DNA from: Patescibacteria group bacterium | Lineage (GTDB): Bacteria > Patescibacteriota > JACPGU01 | Assembly: GCA_041675145.1 (NCBI GenBank) | Contig: JBAYUK010000002.1 | Location: 280,530-344,529 of the forward strand | DNA length: 64,000 nt | Reading direction: 5' to 3' | In this document: piece by piece, positions 51,932 to 60,729 of the stretch | How the letters are laid out: each line of letters begins with the position of its first letter | Numbering within the stretch: the stretch's first letter is position 1 | Translations under genes and position numbers: made by a program | The notes under the pieces: model-generated | The model's database searches: none | Told to the model about the DNA's origin: nothing | The model's input: the letters and a program-made list of their open reading frames with translations, nothing else

Positions 51932-54223
51932 TTACAGTGGAAGCTCGAAGACTTCTGTACCAGATAGGACAAAGAGTTTACGGTTGTTCGAATCTACCCA
52001 GATATCTTTCATATCTGTAAACTTATCTGAAATAAACTGGCGCTGGTAGACACCTTCTTTATTGAAAATAACTACTCTCCTGGCGCCAGAATCGGCTACA
52101 TAGATCATGCCAGCATCCTTTTCTACTACGAGCTTAATCGGGCTTATAAGGCCTGAGATACCAACCTTGTTTGGGTCAGAGCTTTTACTTACCGCTGGCA
52201 TACCGGTGATCTGGAACGGGGTCTTGGCTCCAGATAGGAATTGGGCAACCTGTCCATCTGAAGTAAGTGCAAAGACAGACCCATCAATTGCTATATCTAC
52301 TACCTTAGAGAGGTCAAGTCCTCCTGCATCTACTATATAGGGAGTTTTTGATCCGAAGTTACCAGCAAGACCGTTGAACTTGTAGATCTGCTTCTCTTCA
52401 GGGACTGCAAGATATATGTTAGTAAAGTAGGTAGCAATAGCGCTTGCTTTTGGCCAGGTATCTCCAGAGACCTGTGTTCCCTGAGATATCGAGTTGTTTG
52501 TTGCGTTGTATGAATATACCTCGTTTGGAGTAGTAGTCGCAAAGTAAGCGTTACCATCATCAGTAGCTACTAGGTCCTTATACGTACCTTCAAAGTAGAG
52601 TCCTTCTATTTTCTCGACTGCGTTGGTGGCTCCGTTATAAAACAGTGCACCTGCTCGCTCGCGATCAAAGGTAATAAAACCATCTCCCTTCTTGTATAGT
52701 CCATCTACCTTAACAGTGGGGTCTACCTGGTTGAAGTTTACCACTACCTTCGGGTCAGCTACTCGGGCAATATTAAAGAGTTGCTCTACATACGTATCTA
52801 TTTGAGCAGAAAGCTCTTTGATGTCTTTTTGCATGTAGGCGCTTGAGAGAATACCCTGAATACTCGTTTGAGCTTCAGAGAGAAGTGCACGCGCCTTCAC
52901 ATCGTCCCCAAGTTTTTGAGCCTTCATCGCTCCTTCAGACTTGGTTTTGATAGCCTGGTATTGGTCAGATATTTCCTGCTTTTTCGTTTCCGTTTTTTTA
53001 CTCTGGTATGAATAGCCACCAGAAGCAACAAGCGCTACGATAAGGAGTAGTGAGACAAGCACAAACAGCTGACTGCGTTCACGACTCGCGTTTACATAGT
53101 CACGAGCCTTCTTTGAAACTACTTTCGCTTTTTCAAAGATGGGGATAAGGGGATTCTGTTTTGGTACCGAAAACAGATCTTGCTGGGGGACTGGCTTAAG
53201 TGCATCATTTCCGAAGATTGGCGGAACGGTACTTGTTTCTTGAGTAGCATCATTTTTGGACTCTTTTTCTTCGGTATTTTTCTTTTGGAAGTCCTGAATT
53301 TTTTCACTTACACGGCGACTTGCTTCCTGGCTAAACTTATTCACACCTACGGAAATTTGTTCCTGGTACACGACCTTAGATTTCTCGAGAGATTTTTCTA
53401 TAGTTTCTTGAGACCGGCGGACAAAGAACTGGATAATAGGGGTGATCTTCTGTGTAACCTGAGAGGGGTTTGCCTTTGGAAGGGTAATAGCTGGAGCTTC
53501 TTCTTCACCAAACCAGGCAGCATCATTAGGGTTTTCTGCTTGTCCTAATACTTCGTTTTCGGGAACAAGCTCGAGAATAAGGGCGTTGATTGATTCCACT
53601 TCTTCACGACGCAGGCTTTTTACGATATATGACGCAGCGGCTGCTGGAGTAAACTTAGCAATAATACGACGCAGGTCGTCGATTGAGAAATGGTAGAACA
53701 ATTCAGAGGTAGAGACGATTACGCGATCTGCTAACTCTAAGTTACCTGACGCAATGTTGATAAAAGTAGTGAGGGGATTCGGTTTTTCTGAGGCAGTGGA
53801 AAGGTTCTCGGTAACATGAGTGATGCGCTCATCACGCACTAAGTATGCCTCGCTCGTTCCAGATTGCGTAATATGTAAAATATTTCCTTCAAGAGCAGCG
53901 ATGACGCCGTTGATCTTGCCAATCCAGCCTACTTCACCTTCGTCGGCCAAGTAGGTGAGGCGTTCATTTACTTTTTTAAGTGCCATTTCAAGACTGTCTA
54001 TACCAGAAGTTAAGTCCTGGTAGTACTCCTCGATAACGGTTGTTTCAATCATCTTAATGACCCGTGCCATCGCGGGGTCAGGGGACATGATTTCAAGTAC
54101 AAAATAGAGCATCCCATGTTCCTTCTCGGCGTTATCACGCGGCTTGAAAAGGGAGACTAAGGTGTGGCGATCTGGAGTCTTTTGTTTCGAGAGGATTTTA
54201 CCTACAAGAGTAATGTAATTCAT
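51932..54223 (-). CDS. Bitopic membrane protein: degenerate PP2C-like N domain, TM, C-terminal beta-propeller
   Basis: ALKKVNE..G....AYLVR..I..SG.L..DR PP2C-like pattern, central TM, NHL-like IYVAD..RVV.F; start reassigned to 54223. Confidence 0.6.
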   Translation of the reverse strand: MNYITLVGKILSKQKTPDRHTLVSLFKPRDNAEKEHGMLYFVLEIMSPDPAMARVIKMIETTVIEEYYQDLTSGIDSLEMALKKVNERLTYLADEGEVGWIGKINGVIAALEGNILHITQSGTSEAYLVRDERITHVTENLSTASEKPNPLTTFINIASGNLELADRVIVSTSELFYHFSIDDLRRIIAKFTPAAAASYIVKSLRREEVESINALILELVPENEVLGQAENPNDAAWFGEEEAPAITLPKANPSQVTQKITPIIQFFVRRSQETIEKSLEKSKVVYQEQISVGVNKFSQEASRRVSEKIQDFQKKNTEEKESKNDATQETSTVPPIFGNDALKPVPQQDLFSVPKQNPLIPIFEKAKVVSKKARDYVNASRERSQLFVLVSLLLIVALVASGGYSYQSKKTETKKQEISDQYQAIKTKSEGAMKAQKLGDDVKARALLSEAQTSIQGILSSAYMQKDIKELSAQIDTYVEQLFNIARVADPKVVVNFNQVDPTVKVDGLYKKGDGFITFDRERAGALFYNGATNAVEKIEGLYFEGTYKDLVATDDGNAYFATTTPNEVYSYNATNNSISQGTQVSGDTWPKASAIATYFTNIYLAVPEEKQIYKFNGLAGNFGSKTPYIVDAGGLDLSKVVDIAIDGSVFALTSDGQVAQFLSGAKTPFQITGMPAVSKSSDPNKVGISGLISPIKLVVEKDAGMIYVADSGARRVVIFNKEGVYQRQFISDKFTDMKDIWVDSNNRKLFVLSGTEVFELPL

Positions 54224-54336
54224 ATATCTGTGTTTCAGTGTTTTTTGATTAAGAGAAAACAAATCATAGGACTGGTTGAGTCTTCGATAATTGTAATACG
54301 AGGAGCGTATTTTGCAAGAGACAAATCAGTGGAAAA

Positions 54337-54918
54337 TTACAAAATAGAGAGTACCAGCGAGAGGATATATACCATAATCACAATGAGTACGATAGTTCTT
54401 TGGCGTTTTTTGACAATCGCCAAGATAATAAACATCAGTGGAAGCACCGCCAGAGCCGAGATAAGGTTCACTGCAGCTTCAGGTGTGATGTTTAGAAGAT
54501 CAGAAAGGTTGGTTTCAAGGTGGAGACCCGCATATGATTTCGTTAACAGTACTCCTGAGACCAGGAAAATAGTCATACCAATTGCAATATAGGTAATAGT
54601 AAAGACATTACGGCGAGTAAGTACTGGTTCGCGACCTTCTCTCTTGTTGTGCCACTTAGTAACAAGACTAGGTATATAGATAGTATAGAACCAGCTATAC
54701 AGGTTTTTTACTCTTTCAATCTTATTATTAGCCTTAGTGAACTCAATAAAAGAATGAAAGAGTTTGTTTTCAATCTCTAGTAAGCTACCACCCAGGACTA
54801 GGAAGATTACTCCTGGCATAACGGGAGCAATCACGCCAATTACCCCCAGGGTAATGAGGGCGATTCCGGCACCGCGCCGGAGGGATCTGTTATGTTTTGC
54901 CTTGGTAAGTATTGCCAT
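54337..54918 (-). CDS. Hypothetical multi-pass membrane protein
   Basis: Several hydrophobic segments; N-terminal G.IG...P.MPG motif. Confidence 0.65.
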   Translation of the reverse strand: MAILTKAKHNRSLRRGAGIALITLGVIGVIAPVMPGVIFLVLGGSLLEIENKLFHSFIEFTKANNKIERVKNLYSWFYTIYIPSLVTKWHNKREGREPVLTRRNVFTITYIAIGMTIFLVSGVLLTKSYAGLHLETNLSDLLNITPEAAVNLISALAVLPLMFIILAIVKKRQRTIVLIVIMVYILSLVLSIL

Positions 54919-54931
54919 AGTTTTTACATAA

Positions 54932-55101
54932 TAACAGCCACCGTTGAACGGGGCGATAAGACAAAGATCGAGGACCTATACGAGATAGGTGGGTGTCCTC
55001 AGAGCGATATCGCGAACGAATCGCCAACATCACAGAATTTGGACTCCCGTTAAAAAAGTGTAGGTCGATCTAAGCGTCGTCCCGTTCAACCGTGGCTGTA
55101 T
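54932..55101 (-). ncRNA. ssrS: 6S RNA candidate
   Basis: Long closing stem acagccac-g-gttgaacggg...cccgttcaac-g-gtggctgt; GGGAGUCCAAAUU and GACACCCACC-hairpin elements like Firmicutes 6S; about 170 nt. Confidence 0.75.
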
Positions 55102-55133
55102 ACTAAGGTGCGATGTATAGCTTTATTATATTC

Positions 55134-55814
55134 CTAGCTAAATAGGAGAACAATAGATTTTATTACAACAGTAATAGGATACATCACAAGAAACTCTAAG
55201 AACCGAGTTACTGCAAAGAGAAGAGGGGAAAGAACGGGGATATTAAGAAGTATCTCAAATAACACTGCTCCGAGAAGAACGAGCGGTCCGTATTTCTCGA
55301 ACTGATTGACTGACTCTTCCCATGAGGCAGGAGCAAGGGAGCGAATAATCGTAGCGCCATCCAGCGGTGGGATAGGAAGGAGGTTGATAGCCGTCATCCA
55401 AAGAGTAATCTGGAAGATGATATTGAAGATATACAGAATCACGTTGCTATCTGATCCAAGTCCAAAAAATCCCCGAGCAATACTAAATGGTATCGCCACT
55501 ACCACTGCGAGTAGAATTTGTGCTGCAATGCCGGCCAGTGCTATTTTGGCTCTATCATACTTATGTGAAAGCGCACTGATGTTAATAGGAATAGGCTTTG
55601 ACCATCCGAACCCAAACAGCACCAGAAATACCGTCCCAGTCGGGTCAAAGTGGCGAGAGGGGTTTAGGCTCATACGTCCTGCAAAGCGGGCAGTATGGTC
55701 GCCGAGTCTGGCTGCCATCCAGGCTTGCGCATAGGCGTGGAGCGTTAAGCTTAAGATAATTCCAATAATGAATCCAGTAAAATCAAGTGGGCTTTTAATC
55801 AAAGAAAATAGCAT
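55134..55814 (-). CDS. Site-2 protease (M50) family protein with a degenerate HExxH motif
   Basis: GD.TA..GR.SLNP..H.DP, GW.KP, NLLPIPPLDG; the HExxH position reads HAYAQ. Confidence 0.85.
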   Translation of the reverse strand: MLFSLIKSPLDFTGFIIGIILSLTLHAYAQAWMAARLGDHTARFAGRMSLNPSRHFDPTGTVFLVLFGFGWSKPIPINISALSHKYDRAKIALAGIAAQILLAVVVAIPFSIARGFFGLGSDSNVILYIFNIIFQITLWMTAINLLPIPPLDGATIIRSLAPASWEESVNQFEKYGPLVLLGAVLFEILLNIPVLSPLLFAVTRFLEFLVMYPITVVIKSIVLLFS

Positions 55815-55894
55815 AGGTTTGTTTAGGGGGTGACAGGGTTAGTAATTCGTGGTATACTCGTCTTATTGTCTAATAGTACGGTAAGTAAATTCGT

Positions 55895-56083
55895 ATGTCA
55901 AAGATCTGTCTTTTTTGTTCTAAAACCCGGGCAACCGGAAATAATGTTTCTCACTCAAACCGCAAAACTCGTCGGGTTTTTAATCCGAACTTGCAGGTTG
56001 TATCTGTCGTGCGCGATGGTCAGAAGATTCAACTAAAGGCCTGTACGAAATGTATCAAAACGATGGGAAAGAAACTTAAGTAA
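55895..56083 (+). CDS. rpmB: 50S ribosomal protein L28 (zinc-binding form)
   Basis: GNNVSHS.RKTRR.F.PNLQ, CxxC twice. Confidence 0.96.
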   Translation: MSKICLFCSKTRATGNNVSHSNRKTRRVFNPNLQVVSVVRDGQKIQLKACTKCIKTMGKKLK

Positions 56084-56112
56084 AAAATACACCCCCAGGG
56101 GTGTATTTTTTT
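56083..56112. terminator. Bidirectional terminator between rpmB and the zinc-ribbon gene
   Basis: aaaaaatacacccc-ca-ggggtgtatttttt. Confidence 0.8.
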
Positions 56113-56414
56113 TAGCTCTCAATAGCAGTTGCGACTTCTTGTTTTACATAACAATCCAGACACATTGCTTCCTCATCTGGAGAAACTTCAGTAGAAGTGG
56201 TACCGGTCTTGCCACAGACAAGGCAGGTGAGCTCCTTTTCCTTAGATTTTTCAATCTCTTGCTCTATTTTCTTTTTCGCTCGACACGCACGACAACGCCG
56301 TGGGACTTCTTTAAATCCCTTTTTCTTGTAGTAGGCTTGTTCGGCTACATCCCAGATAAAGGTAGTGCCACAGTCCTGACATTCGAGTGGTTTGTCTTTG
56401 AGTACTTCGCTCAT
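56112..56414 (-). CDS. Zinc-ribbon / CxxC-x17-CxxC domain protein
   Basis: DK.L.C.DCG..F.W..EQ.YY..KGF..P.RC..CR, plus a second CxxC pair. Confidence 0.85.
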   Translation of the reverse strand: MSEVLKDKPLECQDCGTTFIWDVAEQAYYKKKGFKEVPRRCRACRAKKKIEQEIEKSKEKELTCLVCGKTGTTSTEVSPDEEAMCLDCYVKQEVATAIES

Positions 56415-56490
56415 AGTATATATAACTAATGTAATTACACCTTTATTATACCATACCAGTCAAGATACCCTGTCGTGGTATAGTAGATAT

Positions 56491-57435
56491 ATGAATCAGG
56501 TAGTTAAAAGTCCTCAGTACCACATGCTTATTACCTCGTACCTGGCGGGGTATAATTCTCATGCCTACTTATTTCACGGACCCGATACCCAGACACAGTA
56601 CGCAGTAGCCTATGCCTATGCTCATTTTCTTTCCTGCACAGACAAGAAAGAAGGAGAAGTTTGTGGAACATGTCCTGCGTGCCGGGCAGCTATAGAAGGC
56701 CAGATTCTGTATAGCGAGATTATCGGAGAGGACCCTAACGAGAGCATTAAGATTGAGGCAATTCACGAAATTCAGAGGTTTTTAAGCCTTAAGCAAGCCG
56801 AGGGGTCATTCAAGATCGTTATTATTAGGAATTCCCAGCAGATTGCTCGTGAAGCTCGTGAGGTGTTACTTAAGACACTCGAGGAGCCGAGCCCAGGATC
56901 GGTGATCTTTTTATTGACCACGGATCGCAATGCGTTAACCAAAACCATTCTTTCTCGGTGTCAGAGTCTCTATTTTCCCGTGTACCCGGTTATCGGGATA
57001 GTAGATGAAGAAGAGGCATTCTGGCGAGCGGTATATAGGGATAACGAGGCACTGGTGAAAGAGGTTATGTCTATAACTGCTAAAAAAAGAGAGGGCAAGA
57101 AGGATATACTCCTTAGTAGACTGGCATCACTAGTTTCAAACGATGAGTACCGTCTTATGCTTGTAGCCTATGACCTATCCACAGGGGATGATGCGGTAGA
57201 GGAGATTCGTCAGTTAATCGGAGTACTGGGAATGCTATGGCAGGGGAGTTTACTTAAAAAACCGGTTTCTGGGGTCTTTAAAACTCTCCAATTGGAAGAA
57301 AAAAATATATATGATATAATACCTCGAGTCATCACAGTCTTGATTGAAACCCAGCAGAAGTTGGTATCAACAGCAGGGAATCAGCGGTTGATACTGGAAT
57401 CTGGGATGCTTCAGGTTTCTGGCACTGTGCGCTAA
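56491..57435 (+). CDS. holB: DNA polymerase III delta-prime subunit
   Basis: HAYLFHGP, C..CG.C..C, LLKTLEEP, TILSRC; start reassigned to 56491. Confidence 0.88.
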   Translation: MNQVVKSPQYHMLITSYLAGYNSHAYLFHGPDTQTQYAVAYAYAHFLSCTDKKEGEVCGTCPACRAAIEGQILYSEIIGEDPNESIKIEAIHEIQRFLSLKQAEGSFKIVIIRNSQQIAREAREVLLKTLEEPSPGSVIFLLTTDRNALTKTILSRCQSLYFPVYPVIGIVDEEEAFWRAVYRDNEALVKEVMSITAKKREGKKDILLSRLASLVSNDEYRLMLVAYDLSTGDDAVEEIRQLIGVLGMLWQGSLLKKPVSGVFKTLQLEEKNIYDIIPRVITVLIETQQKLVSTAGNQRLILESGMLQVSGTVR

Positions 57436-57452
57436 TATTCGTATTACGATAC

Positions 57453-58124
57453 ATGATAGAACTTATTATCTTTTTGGCAGCAGCTGCATCACTGGTTATT
57501 ATCGTTGCTCGTCGCTTTCCTGATCTTCAAAACTACATTCGCTCATTGTCGGGTGGAGTTGATGAAGAGGTAAAAATGCACCGTTTTGAGACTTCATCTC
57601 AAAAGCCAGGGAGATTGCAAAAGGTAACTTCAGGTCCTACGGATGACATCTTGCGTGCTGTGTTTGACCAGGTAAAGATACTGGTTGCTGAAAGAAAGTT
57701 CAAAGAAGCGGAGTCGCTTTTAATAGAACAGATTGAGCACGACCCGAAGAATCCTAAGATCTATAACGAACTTGGGGTGGTGTATCTTGAGGATGAGAAT
57801 TTCTCAGATGCAAAGGAAGCGTTTAAGACTGCACTTAAGTACGACAAGCATAACGACCTGTTCTATAACAACCTTGGACTTGCACTTTTTAACCAAGGTC
57901 GCTATATTGAAGCGATCGAGGCATACCAGCGTTCAATTCAATTGAATGGTTTGGTTCCTCATAGATACATCAATCTTGGCCTTGCGTATGCGGCACTTCG
58001 CCAATATGAGAAGGCACTGGATATGTATAAGAAGGCGAGAGTGCTCGATAAAGATAATGAACAGTACGAGCAGCTGATTGCAGAAGTATCTGATAAGATT
58101 GCAGAACTGAGGGGAATGGAGTAG
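57453..58124 (+). CDS. Membrane-anchored TPR protein
   Basis: N-terminal TM; YNELG, YNNLG and YINLG TPR repeats. Confidence 0.88.
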   Translation: MIELIIFLAAAASLVIIVARRFPDLQNYIRSLSGGVDEEVKMHRFETSSQKPGRLQKVTSGPTDDILRAVFDQVKILVAERKFKEAESLLIEQIEHDPKNPKIYNELGVVYLEDENFSDAKEAFKTALKYDKHNDLFYNNLGLALFNQGRYIEAIEAYQRSIQLNGLVPHRYINLGLAYAALRQYEKALDMYKKARVLDKDNEQYEQLIAEVSDKIAELRGME

Positions 58125-58158
58125 TTTTTCATATACTATGGGCTCTCTCACGCTTTGA

Positions 58159-58196
58159 GCCGATGTAGCTCAGTTGGTAGAGCGTCACCATGGTAA
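58159..58196 (+). pseudogene. 5' half of tRNA-Thr(GGT), broken right after the anticodon loop (putative attL)
   Basis: GCCGATGTAGCTCAGTTGGTAGAGCGTCACC-ATGGTAA, followed by non-tRNA sequence instead of GGTGA. Confidence 0.85.
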
Positions 58197-58340
58197 TAAA
58201 CAAACCCCATATGGGGTCGCGAAAATTGCCTCGACTGAGCTACTTTTTTGGTCTTTATAGTCTCGATGAGCACTCTTCTAGTATTAAACAGGTCACTGGC
58301 TACTAGCATTTTTTGTAGTCACTACGATACAACGAGTAGT

Positions 58341-58413
58341 GCCGATGTAGCTCAGATGGTAGAGCGCAACCATGGTAAGGTTGAGGTAACGGGTTCGATT
58401 CCCGTCATCGGCT
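58341..58413 (+). tRNA. tRNA-Thr(GGT), intact
   Basis: GCCGATG/CATCGGC acceptor, CAACC-ATGGTAA-GGTTG, ACGGG-TTCGATT-CCCGT. Confidence 0.95.
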
Positions 58414-58423
58414 TTGATGAATT

Positions 58424-58448
58424 AACTGCTGTAATAAGCGGTTTTTTT
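58424..58448 (+). terminator. Terminator between tRNA-Thr and the integrase gene
   Basis: aactgct-gtaata-agcggtt followed by a T run. Confidence 0.6.
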
Positions 58449-58452
58449 ATTT

Positions 58453-59349
58453 ATGGAGATAGAAAACTTACTTACGCAGTTTTGTGACTACTCGCTGCAT
58501 ATTCGCGGATATACGCCCGATACAATCAAGCGCTACAAGTTCGCCATTCGTTTTTTCTGGAAACATGCTCAACCTGTAAATGTTGGTGCGGTTACTCCTA
58601 CTATGGTTCAGGACTGGTTTTTGTGGGGTAGGGTACAGCGTCACTGGTCAGCATCGGGGTGTGTAACCTATCATAAATCGCTACTTGTATTTTTTCGGTG
58701 GTGCGTACAGAGGGGCTATATTAAGGAAAATCCCGCCAGTGATCTCGAACTACCAAAGCACGAGAAGCGACTGCCGCCAAAGCTTACCAAGCAAGAAGCG
58801 CTTCGGATCTTAGAGGCGGCCTATAATTATCCTTATACATACACACACCTGCGCTATCGGGATCATGCGATCATGGCGATGTTTATTTATGCTGGCCTGA
58901 GAAAGACCGAATTGATCAAACTGCAGTATGGTGATGTTGACCTCGAAAATATGTCGATTTTTATCAGAAGGGGAAAGGGGAATAAGGACCGTGTCGTGCC
59001 CATCTGCCACAACCTCGCTGTGACCCTGCATCGGTACGATAAAGAGCGGCGCAGGCTGAACAAGACTTGTCCGCAGTTTTTTGCGTCGCTGATCCGAGAT
59101 ATGGGCATCACTGAAATAAGCCTCAGACGCATTGTATTGCGCGTACAGAAGGCTTCAAAGATAAAGTTTGGGGTGCACAAGCTCAGGCACACATTTGCGA
59201 CCCTGATGCTTGAGGGAGGTTGTGACATCTATTCCTTGTCTCGCATGATGGGGCACAGTGATATTAAAACCACTACCATCTACCTGGCTGCCAGCGCTGA
59301 GCATCTCAGAAGCCAGATTATGAAGCATCCGCTGAATGAGGGGATGTGA
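58453..59349 (+). CDS. Tyrosine recombinase/integrase (XerC/D-like)
   Basis: GLRKTEL, GKGNKDR.VP, HKLRHTFAT, MGHSDI.TT.IY. Confidence 0.95.
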   Translation: MEIENLLTQFCDYSLHIRGYTPDTIKRYKFAIRFFWKHAQPVNVGAVTPTMVQDWFLWGRVQRHWSASGCVTYHKSLLVFFRWCVQRGYIKENPASDLELPKHEKRLPPKLTKQEALRILEAAYNYPYTYTHLRYRDHAIMAMFIYAGLRKTELIKLQYGDVDLENMSIFIRRGKGNKDRVVPICHNLAVTLHRYDKERRRLNKTCPQFFASLIRDMGITEISLRRIVLRVQKASKIKFGVHKLRHTFATLMLEGGCDIYSLSRMMGHSDIKTTTIYLAASAEHLRSQIMKHPLNEGM

Positions 59350-59379
59350 TACTATGGTAGAGAAAAGTAATCTTAAGAT

Positions 59380-60306
59380 ATGGGGTACAAAGAGCCAGCA
59401 GGAAGAAAAATAGCTAGGATCTCTAAAAATGCTACGCAAAGTATTGTACTTGCAGGGGCAGATATTGCCATGAGCTTTTTTACTTCACCAGATCCGTCGA
59501 CTGCTGTCAATATCTCTTTTGCAAAGGCAGTGCAGGGCGCAATTGGTGTCTATCAGGAAATCAAGCAAGGGGAGGCGTACGAATTCGTTGACTTCATAAA
59601 GAACCACAAGAAGGTATTTGTTCAGAATATCGTTGCTACTAAGGCTTTTCAAGACGGTGTTGTTGTCACGATAGAGGCGTATATTAGACAGAGAGTAGTA
59701 GAGAAACGCTTCATTATCCAGCAGGTGTTTTTAGGCTTCACTGATAGCCAAGACAAAGGAGTATTTGAGCTTGAGCGTTTTTATAGTGCAGTAAATAATA
59801 TCTCTCTTGGCAGCGTAGAATACCTTGTGCATGCCGTAAGAGACATATTGCCAGTATTGGAAAGTGACTTACGAGAACAGGCGGGAAGGTCACATGAAGG
59901 AAACGGTCATACCATAGAACATGAGATGGATCTGTGGCGAGACAATGCAATATTCTCTCTCTCGAGATACTCTGATAAATGGATAGAAGATAATTTTGGT
60001 TCCCAAAGCTCAGTTGTGAGGAAAAGGCACAACTACGACGGTGCTGATAATGAGATCCTGCGTAAAATCTTAGATGAAAGAAGCCCATATGTAGTAAGAG
60101 CCCAGGAAGCTTTGGCCGAACTTGTTAGTTTGGGTATATGTAGGATTGTCAATGAAGGAGGAGCAGGAGGCTTTGGCGCAGGCGTACCCTCTATTTCAGT
60201 TGCTCTAACTGATTTTGGTCGAAGATTCATCCATTACACTTCAAGCGCTCAAGAATTATTATCTACTTATAAGATAAATATAAAAAATGAGGCAGTAGCC
60301 CCGTAA
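59380..60306 (+). CDS. Hypothetical protein, possibly Abi-alpha/DUF4393-like
   Basis: C-terminal LAELVSLG.....LT.FG..F pattern; the family assignment is tentative. Confidence 0.5.
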   Translation: MGYKEPAGRKIARISKNATQSIVLAGADIAMSFFTSPDPSTAVNISFAKAVQGAIGVYQEIKQGEAYEFVDFIKNHKKVFVQNIVATKAFQDGVVVTIEAYIRQRVVEKRFIIQQVFLGFTDSQDKGVFELERFYSAVNNISLGSVEYLVHAVRDILPVLESDLREQAGRSHEGNGHTIEHEMDLWRDNAIFSLSRYSDKWIEDNFGSQSSVVRKRHNYDGADNEILRKILDERSPYVVRAQEALAELVSLGICRIVNEGGAGGFGAGVPSISVALTDFGRRFIHYTSSAQELLSTYKINIKNEAVAP

Positions 60307-60310
60307 TGCC

Positions 60311-60529
60311 CTAGTCCTTTTTACCTGTTACCAGGTCGTTGAGGGACTTAGTACCTTGTTGGGCAAGGTACGTATCTAGGTGCATGTCTGACCTGACCTT
60401 GAGGTCGATTCCGTACTGCTTCTCAATAGTCCCGACATGAGTGTCACCGCGTTTTGCGCGGAGTGGACCAGTTGAGTTGCGAGAACGAATTCCTCGCATG
60501 CCAGGTGCATCTTTTACAGGCTGTGCCAT
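60311..60529 (-). CDS. Small basic hypothetical protein, 72 aa
   Basis: AGGAGG SD before the ATG; KRGDTHVGTIEKQYG.D..VRSDM.L. Confidence 0.7.
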   Translation of the reverse strand: MAQPVKDAPGMRGIRSRNSTGPLRAKRGDTHVGTIEKQYGIDLKVRSDMHLDTYLAQQGTKSLNDLVTGKKD

Positions 60530-60729
60530 GATGGCCTCCTAATACCATTAAACTTGATATTGAGAAGTATCGACCAGTCTTCTCGCTGCGTACGCAGCCG
60601 CGCCGTTTCAGCTGACAGCGGGAAGCAGTGATCGAATGCTTGTAAGAGATGCAGTAGGGGCTACGCCTCATTTTTAATTGGAACCGCATATATTATAGCG
60701 ATTTTTCGCAGGCAATGGAATGTACTTTT

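Noticed and set aside
56491-57435. Degenerate Walker A in HolB as a sign of pseudogenisation
   Set aside because: Delta-prime does not bind ATP and commonly has a degenerate P-loop; the SRC motif is intact
58196-58340. Intron inside tRNA-Thr
   Set aside because: The downstream sequence is a complete second tRNA with a different anticodon stem, not the matching 3' exon
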